A DNA stretch of 64,000 nucleotides from Mobula hypostoma (lineage: Eukaryota). The stretch spans positions 191,086,001-191,150,000 of the forward strand of contig NC_086097.1 of the NCBI RefSeq assembly GCF_963921235.1, given 5' to 3'. The translations under genes and the position numbers were made by a program. Positions 37,177 to 50,779 of the stretch are shown here, in pieces. Every line of letters begins with the position of its first letter. The stretch's first letter is position 1. The notes beneath the pieces are model-generated. The model was not told where the DNA came from. It made no database searches and worked only from the letters and a program-made list of their open reading frames with translations.

Positions 37177-38295
37177 TGAGGACCTGTCAGAGGACCTCTC
37201 TCATTTCACGCACATCTGCTCTCACCCAATCCTCCCACCACCCCACTAGGAATAGGGTTCCCTTTGTTCTCACCTACCACCCCACCAGCCTCCGGGTCCA
37301 ACATATAATTCTCTGTAACTTCCACCACCTCCAACAGGATCCCACCACTAAGCACATCTTTCCCTCCCCCTCCCTGCTTTCTACAGGGATTGCTCCCTAC
37401 GTGACTCCCTTGTCCATTTGTTCCCCCCCCCCATCACTTCCCACCCATCTCCCTCCCGGCACTTATCCTTATAAGCGGAACAAGTGCTACACATACCCTT
37501 ACACTTCCTCCCTCACCACCATTCAGGGCCCCAGACAGTCCTTCCAGGTGAGGCAACACTTCACCTGTGAGTCAGCTGGGGTTATATACTGCGTCTGCTG
37601 CTCCCGATACGGCCTTCTATATATTGGCCAGACCCAACGCAGGCTGGGAGACCGTTTCATTGAACACCTATGCTCTGTCTGCCAGAAAAAGCAGGATCTC
37701 CCAGTGGCCACACATATTAATTCCACCTCCCATTCCCATTCTGATATGTCTATCCATGGCCTCCTCTACTGTCAAGATGAAGCCGCACTCAGGTTGGAGG
37801 AACAACACCTTATATTCCGTCTGGGTAGCCTCCAACCTGATGGCATGAACTTTGACTTCTCTAACTTCCGTTAATGCCCCACCTCCCCTTTGTACCCCAT
37901 CCGTTATTTATTTATTTATTTATTTTCTCTTTTTTCTCCCTCTGTTCCTCTCTCTATACTCCTTGCCCATCCTCTGTGCTTCCCCCCTCCCCCTTTCTTT
38001 CTCCCTAGGCCTCCTGTCCCATGATCCTCTCATATCCCTTTTGCCAATCAACTTTCCAGCTCTTAGCTCCATCCCTCCCCCTCCTGTCTTGTCCTACCAT
38101 TTTGGATCTCCCCCTCCCCCTCCCCCTTTCAAATCTCTTACTATCTCGTCTTTCGCTTAGCCCTGACGAAGGGTCTCGGCCCAAAATGTCGACTGTACCT
38201 CTTCCTATAGATGCTGCCTGGCCTGTTGCATTCACCAGCAATTTTTGTGTGTGTTGCTTGAAATTCCAGCATCTGCAGATTTCCTCGTGTTTGCG
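37177..38295 (+). mobile_element. Penelope-like element, GIY-YIG and terminal repeat
   Basis: GVIYCVCCSRYGLLYIGQTQRRLGDRFIEH...RLEEQHLIFRLGSLQPDGMN; close to 16790-17850. Confidence 0.92.
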
Positions 38296-38604
38296 ACAAT
38301 AGACTCTACTCTGGTTTTGCATCTGATGCTACTTGTAGATGGAAAGGGACATTAGATTAGAAGATGAGTATATTGCTCAACATCACTGGGGATCACTGAC
38401 AGTTTTAAATGCATATTTAAAAATACTTCAAAAATGTTTCTCCACACAAAGTAAAAATGAAAGTGTAATGAAAGTACCTTTTGATGTATGAGCAGGAAAA
38501 TTAAAACATGGATTAAGTTTATCAAATAAATTGATGTTATAATAATTTGTTTTAATACTAGAAAGCCTAGTTAACATATCAAACACAGTTGTGATTTTAA
38601 AATA

Positions 38605-39132
38605 CAGGTGTCCCCCCCTTTACGAAAGTTCACTTTACGCCACTTCGCTTTTACGAAAGACCTACATTAGTACCTGTTCTCGCTAACCGAAAGAAATCCG
38701 AAGAGGATTTTCGCCTTTACAAAAAAAGGCACCTGCTTTAGACTTGTGTCTACCCTAAGAAAGGCTGCCATGACCGTGAAGCCTTGCGCGGACAGGTGTA
38801 TGCACATGCGTGTACATGCCGATTTGTTTTCTATAAATCGGTTTTGGATAAATCTTCCTGATTCTAATAAGTGAAACTACACTGTACATACATTACTTCT
38901 ACTTTATATAGGCTGTGTATTTATCATATCATTCCTGCTTTTACTATATGTTAGTGTTATTTTATGTTTTATGTGCTATTTGGTATGATTTGGTAGGTTA
39001 TTTTTTGGGACTGGGAACGCTCAGAACTTTTTCCCATATAAATTAATGGTAATTGCTTCTTCACTTTACGCCATTTTGGCTTACGAAAGTTTTCATAGGA
39101 ACACTCTACTTTCGGATAGCGGGGGAAGTCTG
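38605..39132. mobile_element. Tigger/pogo-type MITE (MER82-like ends)
   Basis: TA flanks; imperfect TIRs CAGGTGTCCCCCC...CGAAAGT and ACTTTCG...GGGGGAAGTCTG. Confidence 0.8.
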
Positions 39133-39136
39133 TATT

Positions 39137-40495
39137 TAGAGTCATAGAAAAGTACAACAGAAACAGGCCCTCGGGCTCTTCTAGCCCATGCTGAACCATT
39201 TAAACTGCCTACTCCCATTGACTTGCACGGGGACCATAGCCCTCCATATCCCTCCCATCAATGTACCTATCCAAACTTCTATAAACATTGAAATTGAGCT
39301 TGCATGCACTTGTGCTGGCATCTCGTTCCACACTCTCACAACCCACTGAGTGAAGGTGTTTCCCCCCTTAAACTTTTTGCCTTTTACTCTTAACCCATGG
39401 CCGCTAGTTGTAATCCCAACCAACCTTGGTGGAAAAAGCCTGCTTATTTTTACCCTATCTATACCTGTCATAATTTTGTATACCTATATCAAATCTCCTC
39501 TCAATCTTCTATGTTCCGAGGAATGAAGTCCTAACCTAAGGAAATATGGAATAGGTTAGGACTCAAGTCCCGGCAGTATCCAGATAAATTTTCTCTTTAC
39601 TCTTTCAATCTTATTTACATTTTTCCTGTAGGTAGGTGACCAAAACTGTACACAATCTTCCTAATTAAGCCTCACCAATGTCTTATACAACTTCAACATA
39701 ACATCCCATCTCCTGTACTTAGTACTGTGATTTATGAAGTCCAATGTGCCAAAAACTTTCTTTACCACCCTATCTATCTGTGCCACCAGTTTCAATGAAT
39801 TATGGACCTGTACTCCCAGAACCCTTTGTTCTGCCACACTTTCTTGGCAACCTCCTCGGAAAACTCTGTAAGGTTAGTTAGACATGACCTGCCATGCAAG
39901 AAGCCATATTGATTATATCTAATCAGTCCCTGTTTAACCTGATACTCATATATCTGTTCCCTTAGAATACCTTCCTATAATTTTCCCACTACTGATATTG
40001 GGCTTAACTGCCCATAATTTCCTTGTTTATTTTTAGAGCCTTTCTTTCTTTTCAAATCTTTTTATTATTATTATTCAAAAAATAACACGAGTACATCGAA
40101 GTAGGCAACACTTACAATGTCTCAAGGAAAAAAAACATTATTTTAAAGATTGAAATTTTTTTGTGATAATAAAAAAACCCTACTAAGCAGAAAAGTGGGG
40201 TAAAAAACCCATTAGTTGTACAACTCTGGAGCCATGCGTCATACAAAAAGCTTTTAAATATAAACATCAAACTGCCAGCAAGAAAAAAAAGTACCAGAAA
40301 ATATACCAGATTTAGAGCCTTTCTTAAACAGTGGAACAACATAAGATGTCCTCCAATACTTCAGTACCTCACCTGATGTTGCAGATGATTTAAATCATCT
40401 CTGCTAGGGTCCCTGAAATTTCTGCGCTTGTCTCCTACGGAGTCTGAGGAAATACTTTGTTAGTCCCTGGGGATTTATCCACCCTAATTTGCTTC
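39137..40495 (-). mobile_element. CR1 LINE fragment (RT and 3' end), interrupted by an L1-type tail
   Basis: GIDRV...GHGLRVKGKKF, FTQWVVRVWN; RT motifs upstream. Confidence 0.82.
40047..40310 (-). mobile_element. L1/Tx1-type 3' UTR insertion with 15-bp TSD
   Basis: TSD TTTAGAGCCTTTCTT at 40032-40046 and 40311-40325; tail AATAAAAAGATTTGAAAAGAAAG matches the tail at about 56445-56472. Confidence 0.8.
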
Positions 40496-40599
40496 ATTAT
40501 TATTATTATTATCATCATTAATTATTATCAATGCAGTGTCAGAAAAAAAAGGGTAAAAATAATGTCACAATATCTCTAAATATCTATGTTGTGTCCAAT

Positions 40600-41142
40600 A
40601 CATTAATGTCATTACAAAGAAGGTACGTCAGTGTCTATATTTCATTAGGAGCTTGAGATTTGGTAGGTCACCAAAGAGTAGCACATTTCTATATATTCAT
40701 TATGGATACCCTTCTAACTGGTTGCAGCACCATCTGGCATGAGGACACCAGTTCACAGAACTGGAAAAAAAAACTGCAGAAGGTTGTAAACATAGCCCAC
40801 TCCATCTAGACTGAGACTTCTTCAACAAACGATGCTTCAAAAATCCATTTGGGACTTCCCCCATCCAGGATATACCTTCTTCTCATTAACACCATTAGAA
40901 AGGAGGTACAGGAGTCAGAAGGCACACACTCACCCCATTCCATTTTGGGAACAGCTTCTTCCCCTCTTCCTTAAGATTTGAGAACAATCTATTAACCATG
41001 AGCACTTCCTCACTATTTTGTTCTAATTATTTTTATATCTCTCATTATAACAGAGCATTTTTTATGCATTGCACCATAGTTCTGCTGCAAAACATCAAAT
41101 TTCATGACTTGTGTCAGTGATAATAAAGCTGATTCTGATTCT
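40600..41142 (+). mobile_element. Rex1/Babar-type 3' fragment, old
   Basis: Homologous to 6810-7200; CTGATTCTGATTCT tail. Confidence 0.65.
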
Positions 41143-42769
41143 CGCACTGGAAACCAATAAATCTCCCTGGACATAATATTTTATATCCGAATTTGTTAAA
41201 GGAGGTGACTGCAGAGGTAGTGGATAACGTGTCTGAATTTTCCAGAGTAGGTAGGTTAGATTGGTTACTTGAATATTTAGTTAATTTCATTTGATCTTGC
41301 CAAGTTCCCTGGAAGACTATCTGGGGACAGGCTTCCATATTGGGAAACTTGTCTCATAGACTGTCAACCATTACCTATCAGTTATCCTCAGAGACATACC
41401 CTCGAGACAACAACCCCAGTGTTCATTCTGACCCATCAGAATGGCAACTCCACTGAAAGGACTGTATGGTGGTTTATTGAGAGCAGTGATTAGCCCTGAG
41501 AGTCCCTCAGTTGATTCCAGACCCCGTGATGTCACACCATTATGCCATCAGAACTAACATGGACAAGGAAACTTCCTCCTGATTATTTCCAGCTTCCTTC
41601 AATTTCCAAACAACAGTCAGGCATGGACTGATAAAAGACAAAATAATAATTGCACTGCAGAAGGGCTAGACACTAACAACCTTCAGAAAGAGACAGCCTT
41701 GATATTAAACAGCAATTACATTGCTGAGTCCTTCACTGTCAGTATTTCGAGGATGACCCTTTACTAGAATCTCAGCTGCATCATTCAAATAAATACAGAG
41801 GCTATAAAAGAAAATCAGAGTCTGGATATCTGACAGCATGTGATTTGCTTCCTGATATCCCAATGTCCTTCCAGTATCTACAATACACATGCCATGAACA
41901 TGATTGGATACTTTCAACTTGCCTGTATGAGTACAGTTTCAGCGCTACAATGACTCAACACCATCTTGGCAAGGAAGCCATTTGATTAAGTCCTAGCCAT
42001 CACCCGAAACATTTATTCCCTCCAACAGCATCACACAATTAATGTAATATGTGCCTTCTATAAAGTGCACATGCTACTCTTTGCTTGGGATACTCTGATA
42101 GCATCTTCAATACCTAAAACCTCTGTCATGAAGGATAAGAGCTTCAAGTGTACTGAAGGCACATCCACCTGCACACTCTCCACCAAGTCATGGTCAACAT
42201 GACTTGAAAGTATAATGCTGTTTCTTCAATCTTGCTGTCAGTGTTTGAGAACACTCACCAAAAGGATGACATTGCTCCGTGCCACCCGCTCAAGAACAAG
42301 TATGGATACAATAAATGCAGACCTTGCTAGTTATTGTCACACCACAGAAAAAGATTAAAATAACTTGTTTTCAAGAAACAAGGTAAAGAAAAACTATTCA
42401 GACAACTAGTACAATATCAGTTGATAACTAAATACTAATATCTATTATCAAGGATGTTTTGAAAGGTACTTAGAAAATTGATTAATCAGAGATAAGGGCT
42501 TCAAAGTTTGACTGGAGAATATTTTTGCCAATTTTTGTTATCCTATTCAGTTCAAGGAAAAATAATCGCAAAGTTAAAGTTAGTTGCATATCAATATGCT
42601 ACTTCCTTAATGTGTGACCGGTGGACATTGTGGGCTCCTCAAGTTTTCATACTGCATGTGATGTACAGGCTGGTGAGCCTTATACATGTGCAATAGGTCA
42701 AGGACTGATAGCGATAGTTAGCATTTTTTGTACATGGGAAACTGTGTCTCATAAATTTGAGTGATTTCG

Positions 42770-44680
42770 AAGTTAAAAGTAAAAATTATTATCGGGGTAC
42801 ATACATGTCACTACTTACAAACCCGAGATTCTTATTTTCTGCGAACAAATCTATAGAACAGTAACTGTAAACAAGATCTATGAACAACTTAAAGAGCAAA
42901 TTTAAATATAAATAAATAGCAATAAATAATGACTATGAAATAACATGAAATGAAAGGGCATGATATAACAAGATAAAGAGTCCTTAAACTGAAACCATTA
43001 TTTCTGGGAACACCAAAAATAGAATGAGTGTAGTTATTCACTTTTGTTCAAGAGTCTGATGGTTGAGGGTGGTAACTGTTCTTGAAGCTAGTGGTGTGAG
43101 TCCTGAGGCACTTGTACCTTCTCCTGATGGCGACAGCAAGAAAAGAACATGTTCTGGGTGGTGAGGATCTTTGACGATAAATGCTGCTATTACGTTTCAA
43201 TATTTGGGAGGGCTTTACCTGTGATGTACAGGGCAGAATCCATTATGTTTTGCAGGATTTTCCATTCAAAAACATTGGTGTTCCCATACCAGGCCATAAA
43301 GCAGCCAGTCAACACACCTTCCACCACACATCAATAGAAGTTCGCCAAGGTTTTTGTTGAAGCTCAGCAGACTCCTGAGGAAGTAGAAGCACTTTTGAGC
43401 TTCCTTTGCAATTATATTTGCCCCACTCTGAGTATGGTGAGAAGTTTTGAGCCCCTTATCTTAGAAAGGATGTGCTGAAATTGGAGAGGGTTCAAAGGAG
43501 GTTCATGTAAATGATTCCTGGATTGATTGGCTTGTCATATGAAGAGTGTGTAATGGCTCTGGGCCACTTTCACTGGAATTCAGAAGAATGAGGGGTGACC
43601 TCATTGAAACCTATCGAATGGTGAAAGTCCTTGATACAGTAAATATGGAAAGGATGTTTTCTGTAGTGGAGAGTCTAAATCCAGAGTATACAGCCACAGA
43701 ATAGAGGGCATCCTTTTGGAATGGAGATGAGGAGGACTTTCTTTAACCAGAGAATAGTGAATCTGTGGAATTCTTTGCCACAGGCAGCTGTGGTGGCCAA
43801 GCCTTTATGTATATTTAAGGCAGAGGCTGATAGATTGGTCAGGACATGAAGAAATACAGGGAGAAGGCAGGAGGTTAGGGCTGAGAGGAAATTTGGATCA
43901 GCCATGATGAAATGACGGAGCAGACGTGATGGACCAAATGGCCTAATTCTGCTCCTATATCTTATGGTCTTCTTCATATGACTGGTCCAGAAGTGGTCCT
44001 CTGAGATAGTGACACACAGAAATTTAAAGTTACTGATCTTCTCCAGCTCTAATCCTCCGATGAGTACTGGCTGATGGACCTCTCATTTCCCTCTCCTGAA
44101 GTCTACAATTATTCCCTTGGTCTTATTGACATTGAGTGAGAAGTTGTTGATATGGCCCACAACAGTGGCGTCATCAACAAACTTGTATATGGTGTTGGAG
44201 CTGTGCTTAGTCACGCATGCATAGTTGTCAAGTGAGTAGAGCGGGGGCCTAGGTACACATCGCTGTTGCGCTCCTGTGCTGATGAAGATTGTGGAGGAGT
44301 TGTTTTTGAAAAATCCAAACTGAAAAGGGTCTGCAAGTGAGGAAATCCAGGATCCAATTGAACAAGGGGTATTGAGGCCCAGGTCTTGGAATTCACTGGT
44401 TAGTTTTGGTGGTGGCAGGGTGGGTGTGGGTGGGGTGGGGATGATGGAATTGAAGGCTGAGCTGTAATTGATAAAGAGCCTCTTGATGTATGCATCTTTG
44501 TTGTCCAGATGTTTCAGGGTTATGTGTAGAGTCAAGGAGATGGCATCTGCTGAAGACCTGTTGCTTCAATAGGCAAATTGGAGTGGATGCAAGTCACCAC
44601 TCAAACTGAAGCAGATGCTTCAGCACCAGCTTCTCAAAACACTCCATCACAGTTGATCTAAGTGCCACTGGGCAATAGTC
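42770..44680 (-). mobile_element. Rex1/Babar-type LINE with nested CR1 3' fragment (about 43421-43972, plus strand)
   Basis: LFINYSSAFNSI, KFVDD, LNVNKTK..IVDFRR on minus; CR1 YLRKDVLKLERVQRRF and TCTTATGGTCTT tail on plus. Confidence 0.78.
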
Positions 44681-44699
44681 ATTCAGGCAATAGTCCACT

Positions 44700-45570
44700 G
44701 ATTTCTTTGGAAGACGTGGCCAAGAAGATTAACGAGGATAATATCTTTGACAATGTCCTGCATGGTAGACTAAATGGAATGTTGAGCTAGCCAGTCAGAA
44801 ACAAAATTTGCTTGGTAGAAGTGGAGTATTAGTTTTCACATTGAAAGCCTGCTGTGTGCTGCATAGGGTGGTGATGGGTTCCTGTTGTTGCTCATATATA
44901 GAGTTAGATAATAATGAAGGTTGCATGATCAGTAAGTTTGAAGATGACACTAACATTTGTGGCATCATGTACAGTGAAGAAAATTCCCTAAGATTACAAC
45001 CAAATATTGATCAACTGAGAAAGTGGGCAACAAAATGGCAGATGTAATTAACTCAAACAAGTGCAAAAGGATACATTTTGGGAATTTGAACTATAAGAAC
45101 AAAAGTTCCCTGAAAGTACAGTGGATGTTCTGGGGGGAGTCTGCAAGAGTCACTACACTTCTGGCATCAACATAGTATGCCCCGAACTCAATAAACTTTA
45201 GTGTGCATCTTTGGAATGTGGGAGGAAATTGAAGCACCTGAAGAATAGCCATGCAGCCACAAGGAGAACATACAAATTCCTTACAGGTAGTGATGGAAAT
45301 CTGGTGCTGTAACCACGACACTACAGAGTATAAAGAAACTATATAGACAGGATGGTAAAGGAAGTATATTGATGAGATGGTGAAGAAAGCATATATCATG
45401 CTTCCCTTCATCAGCTGAGGCAGTGAGTGGAAGAGTGGAGAAATCATGTTACAGTGATACAAAATGTTGGTTAGATTGAGAACAGTTCTGGTCATCAAGC
45501 TACAGGAAAAAGCTGATTAAACCAAAATGAGTACAGAAAATATGCAAAGAGATTACCTTGGACTAGAAGG
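44700..45570 (+). mobile_element. Highly decayed CR1 RT, with a minus-strand SINE at about 45120-45325
   Basis: ISKFEDDT...LQPNIDQLRKWATKWQM; SINE block shared with 31346-31527. Confidence 0.65.
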
Positions 45571-45574
45571 TCCC

Positions 45575-46140
45575 ATTGGCCACTGATTTCAATTCGATTT
45601 TCCTTTCTCATCTCGACATCCGTAGCCTTCTCTACTGCCACGATGAAGGAAGTGCAGAATGGAGAGGCAACTCTTCATATTCCACCTGAAAAGTCCAAAC
45701 CTGATAGTATGAATATCGATTTCTCTAACTTTCAGTCACCAGTCCCCTCTTTCCGTCCACACTCCCCATTTTGTTTCCACCATTCTGGTAGCCCTCTCAC
45801 CCATTTTCTTCTCCTTCCCCATTATCATTCCTGCCCATCACTTCCTTTTGGTTTCCTTCCTTCTTCCCTTTATTCTACTCTCCTCTGTTCTCCTAGCCGA
45901 TTCCTCCTCCTTCAGCTCTCTAACTCTTCAACTTATCCCAGCCTCTCATATCATCGAAACCCCAACCCCTCACTGATCACCTCCCAGGCCGTACTTCTCC
46001 TACTTGCCCTACTTTCTTATTCTGGCTTCTGCATCCTTCCTTTCCAGTCCTGATGAAGGATCTTGGCCTGAAGTGTAGCTTATTTATTCCCTTCCATTGG
46101 TGCTGTTTGACTTGCTAAGTTCCTCCAGCATTCTGTTAGC
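45575..46140 (+). mobile_element. Old Penelope-like 3' fragment and terminal repeat
   Basis: PDSMNIDFSNF; CAGTCCTGATGAAGG repeat. Confidence 0.72.
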
Positions 46141-46289
46141 GTTGCTCAACAGGCTGGGGTTGTTTTCCCTGGGGCAAAAGAGGCTCAGAGGTGACATTAT
46201 AGATGTTTATAAAATTATGAGGGGCATTGATAGGGTAGATAGTCACAGTCTTTTTCCTAGGATAGGGGAATCTAAAACAAGAAGACATT

Positions 46290-47265
46290 CAGAATCAGAA
46301 TCAGAATAAGAGTCAGGTTGAATATCACAGAATAAGTCATGAAATATGGTGTTTTGCAGCCGAAGTATAATGAAATACATTACAGAAATGTGATGGGAAT
46401 ACTTAGTGACAGAGACAGCCGCCTGGAAGTATTTTGAAGGTGTCCTCAGTGCTGGAGAAGCTAGTGTCCATGATGAAACTGGCTGAGTTTGCAAATTTCT
46501 GCAGCTTTTTCCAATCCTGTGAAGTGGCTTCTCCATACCAGACAGTGATACAAGTATAATATAGTTATAATTACCTGTAGAAATTTGTGAGTCTTTGGTC
46601 CTATGCCATGTCTCCTGAAACTCCTAATGAAATATAGCTGCTGTTGTGCCTTCTTTGTAATTGCTTTAATATGTTGGGCCCAGGATAAATCTTCAGGAAC
46701 TTGAAGCTGCTCACCCTTTCCATTGCTGATCCTTCAATGAGGACTAGTGTGAGTTCCCTTGACTTCTCCTTCCTGAAATCTACAATCAACTCCTTAGTCT
46801 TACTGACGTTGAGGGCAAAGTTGTTGCTGTGACACCACTCAACTAGCTCATCTACCTCCCCTCCTTATCACCAGCTGAAATTCTGTCAACGATAGTTAGC
46901 AAATTTATAGATAGTGTTTGAGCTGTACCTAGCCTCACAGCTGTGCGTGTAGAGAGAGCAGATCAGTGGGCTAAGCATGCATTTCTGAGGTGTGACAGTG
47001 TTTATTATCAGTGAAGAGGAGATGTTATTTCCTATTTGCACTGACTGTTGTCTCTCGATGAGGAAGTCAAGGATTCAGTTGCACATGGAGGTACAAAGGC
47101 CCAGGTTTTTGAGCTTGGTGATTAGTACGGAAGTTATGATGGTGTTGAATGCTGAGATACAGCCAATAAACAGCAGCCTGGTGTAAGTATTACCATTGTC
47201 CTGATGATCCAAGGCCGGGTGGAGAGCCAGTGAGATTGCATCAGCTCCGGACCTTTTGTGGTGAT
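46290..47265 (-). mobile_element. Rex1/Babar-type LINE fragment
   Basis: IVDFRK, ERVSSFKFL; (TCAGAA)n tail at about 46289-46306. Confidence 0.72.
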
Positions 47266-49907
47266 AGGCATTGGGTTCATGTTACAGGGAAAGATTTAAA
47301 GGAATCAGAAAGGCATCATTTTTACACAGAAGGCCATGGGTACATGAAACAAGCTGCAAAAGGAAGTGCTTACAAAAGCATTGTAAAAGGCAAGTTTATG
47401 AATAAGAAATATTTAGAGCCTGGGTTCCACAGATGCCTCACATAACGGTGAGGTTTCAAAGCATAAAAAAGGCTGGGAACCTCTGGCTTAAAGGGATATG
47501 GGTCGATCACAGAGAGATGGGATTATCTTAAATAGACACATTGGCTGTCATGGACAAGTTGGACTGAAGGGTCTGTTTCCATTTTATTTATCTCTAAGTA
47601 ATCTATATTACTTATGGGGTTACAGCCTGATGTCAGTTCTTACTGGGGCTCCACACCTCAACCCCATTCTCTCCTGTCATGATAGTGGAATCCATCCAAC
47701 ACCTGACTGAAGAAAACACAGATATTGGAAATATCAAACAAAAAAAGAAAATGCTGGAGACACACAGTAGTCAGGCAATATCAATGGAAAGAATAACAGG
47801 ATTAATATTTCAGGTCAAAGGACCTTTGCTAGTTCTAGGCTCTCTGGATTTGTAAACTGAGAACAGATAGAGAAAGTGAGAGAGAGAGATGTAACTTATG
47901 TATCAGGTCTTCTGTAATTTTTCTTATCATCCATAGAGGTATAATATTCACAATAGTCTTGTAAAATAGTTGATTGTTGTCTGAGAAATATTAAAAAGCT
48001 GCAGTTATCTCTTTACATAGGGTGTTTTATGTCAATACAGGGTAAATTTGGATTAGCAATAACGAGCAGGAAATATTTAAAGTTTATATTTCCACCAGCT
48101 AAAATGCATCCTACTGAGCATACAGAATTCCAAGTCACCTGAAATTCTAATGAAGTAACCCACTGTAATTACTGAAATTGTGTTTAATCACCTGGAATGT
48201 AATTCAAAATTAAGACATTATAACATTAAAAATTGTGTCAAACAGCTGACATAGATATCTGACAGAAAAGAAGAAAGGTACTGTTCAGATCAGTAGGAGA
48301 GGGAATGCGCCAAATTTAATATATGAAAAATTATTTCTGGCAATTAATGAGCTCTCAGACACAAAGAGATGGAAAGGTGGCTAGGTTAGTCATGTGAAGT
48401 TCTGTTTCATGGGATGTCTGATAGGAGCTAGGACTGTGGGTGTATACAGGATTCGGCTTATAACATTGAGATGTTGAGAAAAAGGGAAGAGTATCCTATT
48501 GTCAAATGTAACATTAAGATTACTACAGTTTCTCAACATCAAGTATAGATAGCAGAGGGAAAGGAGGAATATGGCTAGTAGGTAGCCATAGTCATAGTCA
48601 TACGTTATTGATCCCGGGGCAAATTGGTTTTCGTTACAGTTGCACCATAAATAATTAATAGTGATAGAACCATAAATAGTTAAATAGTAATATGTAAATT
48701 ATGCCAGTAAATTATGAAATAAATTCAGGACTAGCCTATTGGCTCAGGGTGTCTGACCCTCCAAGGGAGGAGTTGTAAAGTTTGATGGCCACAGGCAGGA
48801 ATGACTTCCTATGACGCTCTGTGTTGCATCTCGGTGGAATAACTCTCGGTGGAATAGGTCAACTGAGGAGGGATGATGGATGATAGGTAGATGAAGCCAG
48901 GTGGGTAACTGGGAGGGGTGGATTTGGTAGACAGAGGCAGCACACAAAGCCAAAAAAGGCAGATGCAGCTAGTGTGTGGTGTGTAAGAGGGTTGAGAATA
49001 GGAGAGAGCTGCAAGAGGGTGATAAGTGGGAGAACAGAGGCTACCAGTGCTAGAATCTGATAAGTAAGGAAAGTGATATCAAGTCAGAATAAAGTTTATG
49101 TCACCGGTATGTATCATGAAATTTGTTAACTTAGCAGCAGCAATTCAGCGCAAAGAAAATACAGATCAATTAGTAAATTGATCACTATTTATTTATTTGT
49201 TTGTTTGTTTATTAATTTATTTTTAAAAGTGAGGTCATGTTCATGGGTTCAATGTCCTTTTAGGAATCGGATGGCAGAGGGGAAGAAGCTGCTCCTGAAT
49301 TGCTGAGTGTGTGCCTTCAGGCTTCTGTGCCTCCTTCTAGATGGTAACAATGAGAAGAGGGCATGCTCTGGGTGATAGGGTCCTTAGTTATAGATGTTGT
49401 CTTTCTGAGGCACTTCTCCTTGAAGTTGTTTTGAAGATATGCAGCCTTTTCATGTTTTGATTCTGATCAAACACAGTATAAAAATGAGGAGCCAATGTTT
49501 GTCGATTTCCTAGGCACCTTTTACCCTCTAATCTGAAAATTGAAACAATGAGCCTTAGCTCTATCAAAGCAAAAACAAAACACTGCACATATTGAAACTC
49601 AAGAAATTTTAAAAAAACATGCGAACAATATCAGGGTACAATTATGAAGAAAACAGATTTAATATTTCAGGTAAATTTCTTTTATCTGAACTCAGCTAAT
49701 CTTCACTGTGTTTTGCTTTGAAACATTATGATTTGGACTGAACTACAGCACAAATTATTGATTTCCAGATATTCTTGAAGAGAAGAGTCCTGCAAAAGGG
49801 CATTATTTAACGTTGAAATTGTGACTATTCAAGTGACCAGTTTTCTGTGAATTCAGTGCAGTCCTGTTGCTAATTAAAAATGGCATTTTTATACATGTGC
49901 TACTTAC

Positions 49908-49949
49908 AGACATTAACTGAAAAGTAATTCAGGAAAGGACTTATAACAC
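49908..49949 (-). other. Candidate 42-nt host micro-exon (phase 1-1), peptide xVISPFLNYFSVNVx
   Basis: Minus strand TTTTCTGTGGTTTAG|GTG...TCT|GTAAGT; only one frame is open; lies in non-repetitive DNA; protein not recognised. Confidence 0.3.
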
Positions 49950-50779
49950 CTAAACCACAGAAAATATTGTTCAGAAATTTTCAAAATATTGTTTAGTGAA
50001 TCAATCCTACTGTGATAGTTATTGATTTCTTTTGGGAATTTCAAACAATTTTTGACCTGCTGATTTAATTTAGTTGTATTTATACAAGGCAATCGATTTA
50101 AGTAGTAACTTGAAAAACAACTCAAAGGATTAGATTCTTAGAAATTTCTGATGATGGACTGCAAGTGGAAGAGGTTAGTTGTTTACATTTTATGGAAGCC
50201 CCTGATAAACACTTGGAACTTTGTATGGCTTCACATTTGACATGTTTTATACAATGAACTGTCTCCTACAATGAATCAAAGAGCTAGTTCCTGCATCTTG
50301 GCTTGATAATGATGATGAGTCAGTTCATACTGTACATGGGCTGCTACTCCAAGTCACTGCTTGCAGACTTCCATGCATGGACGTCTGGGTGTATATGAGG
50401 GTGTCTATCACACTGACTATCTACGTGATGGAATTAGACAGCAGGTTCCAGATGGTCACTGAGTCTTGGACTGTGGCCACAGAGGGCCTAGCATTGAATG
50501 CTCCAGAAGACTGTCAAAACTTAATACTGCAAATTATTTTCAGGACTCTTACAGAGTTTGATGAAGGTTCCAAATGGATTTCCTGCAATCAGATGTCTAA
50601 CTAGCCACAATTATCTGATAGCACAGATTATTTGATGTCCTTTTTACTTCAGAGATAAAACTACCATATAGAAATCCACAGCATAGCAAATACTAAATTG
50701 TCTCATTCAAGGCAAAAGATATAATTTCAGTGGAAGATTTTTTATTCTTGTGAGATAATGTATTTATTGACAAGAGGGT

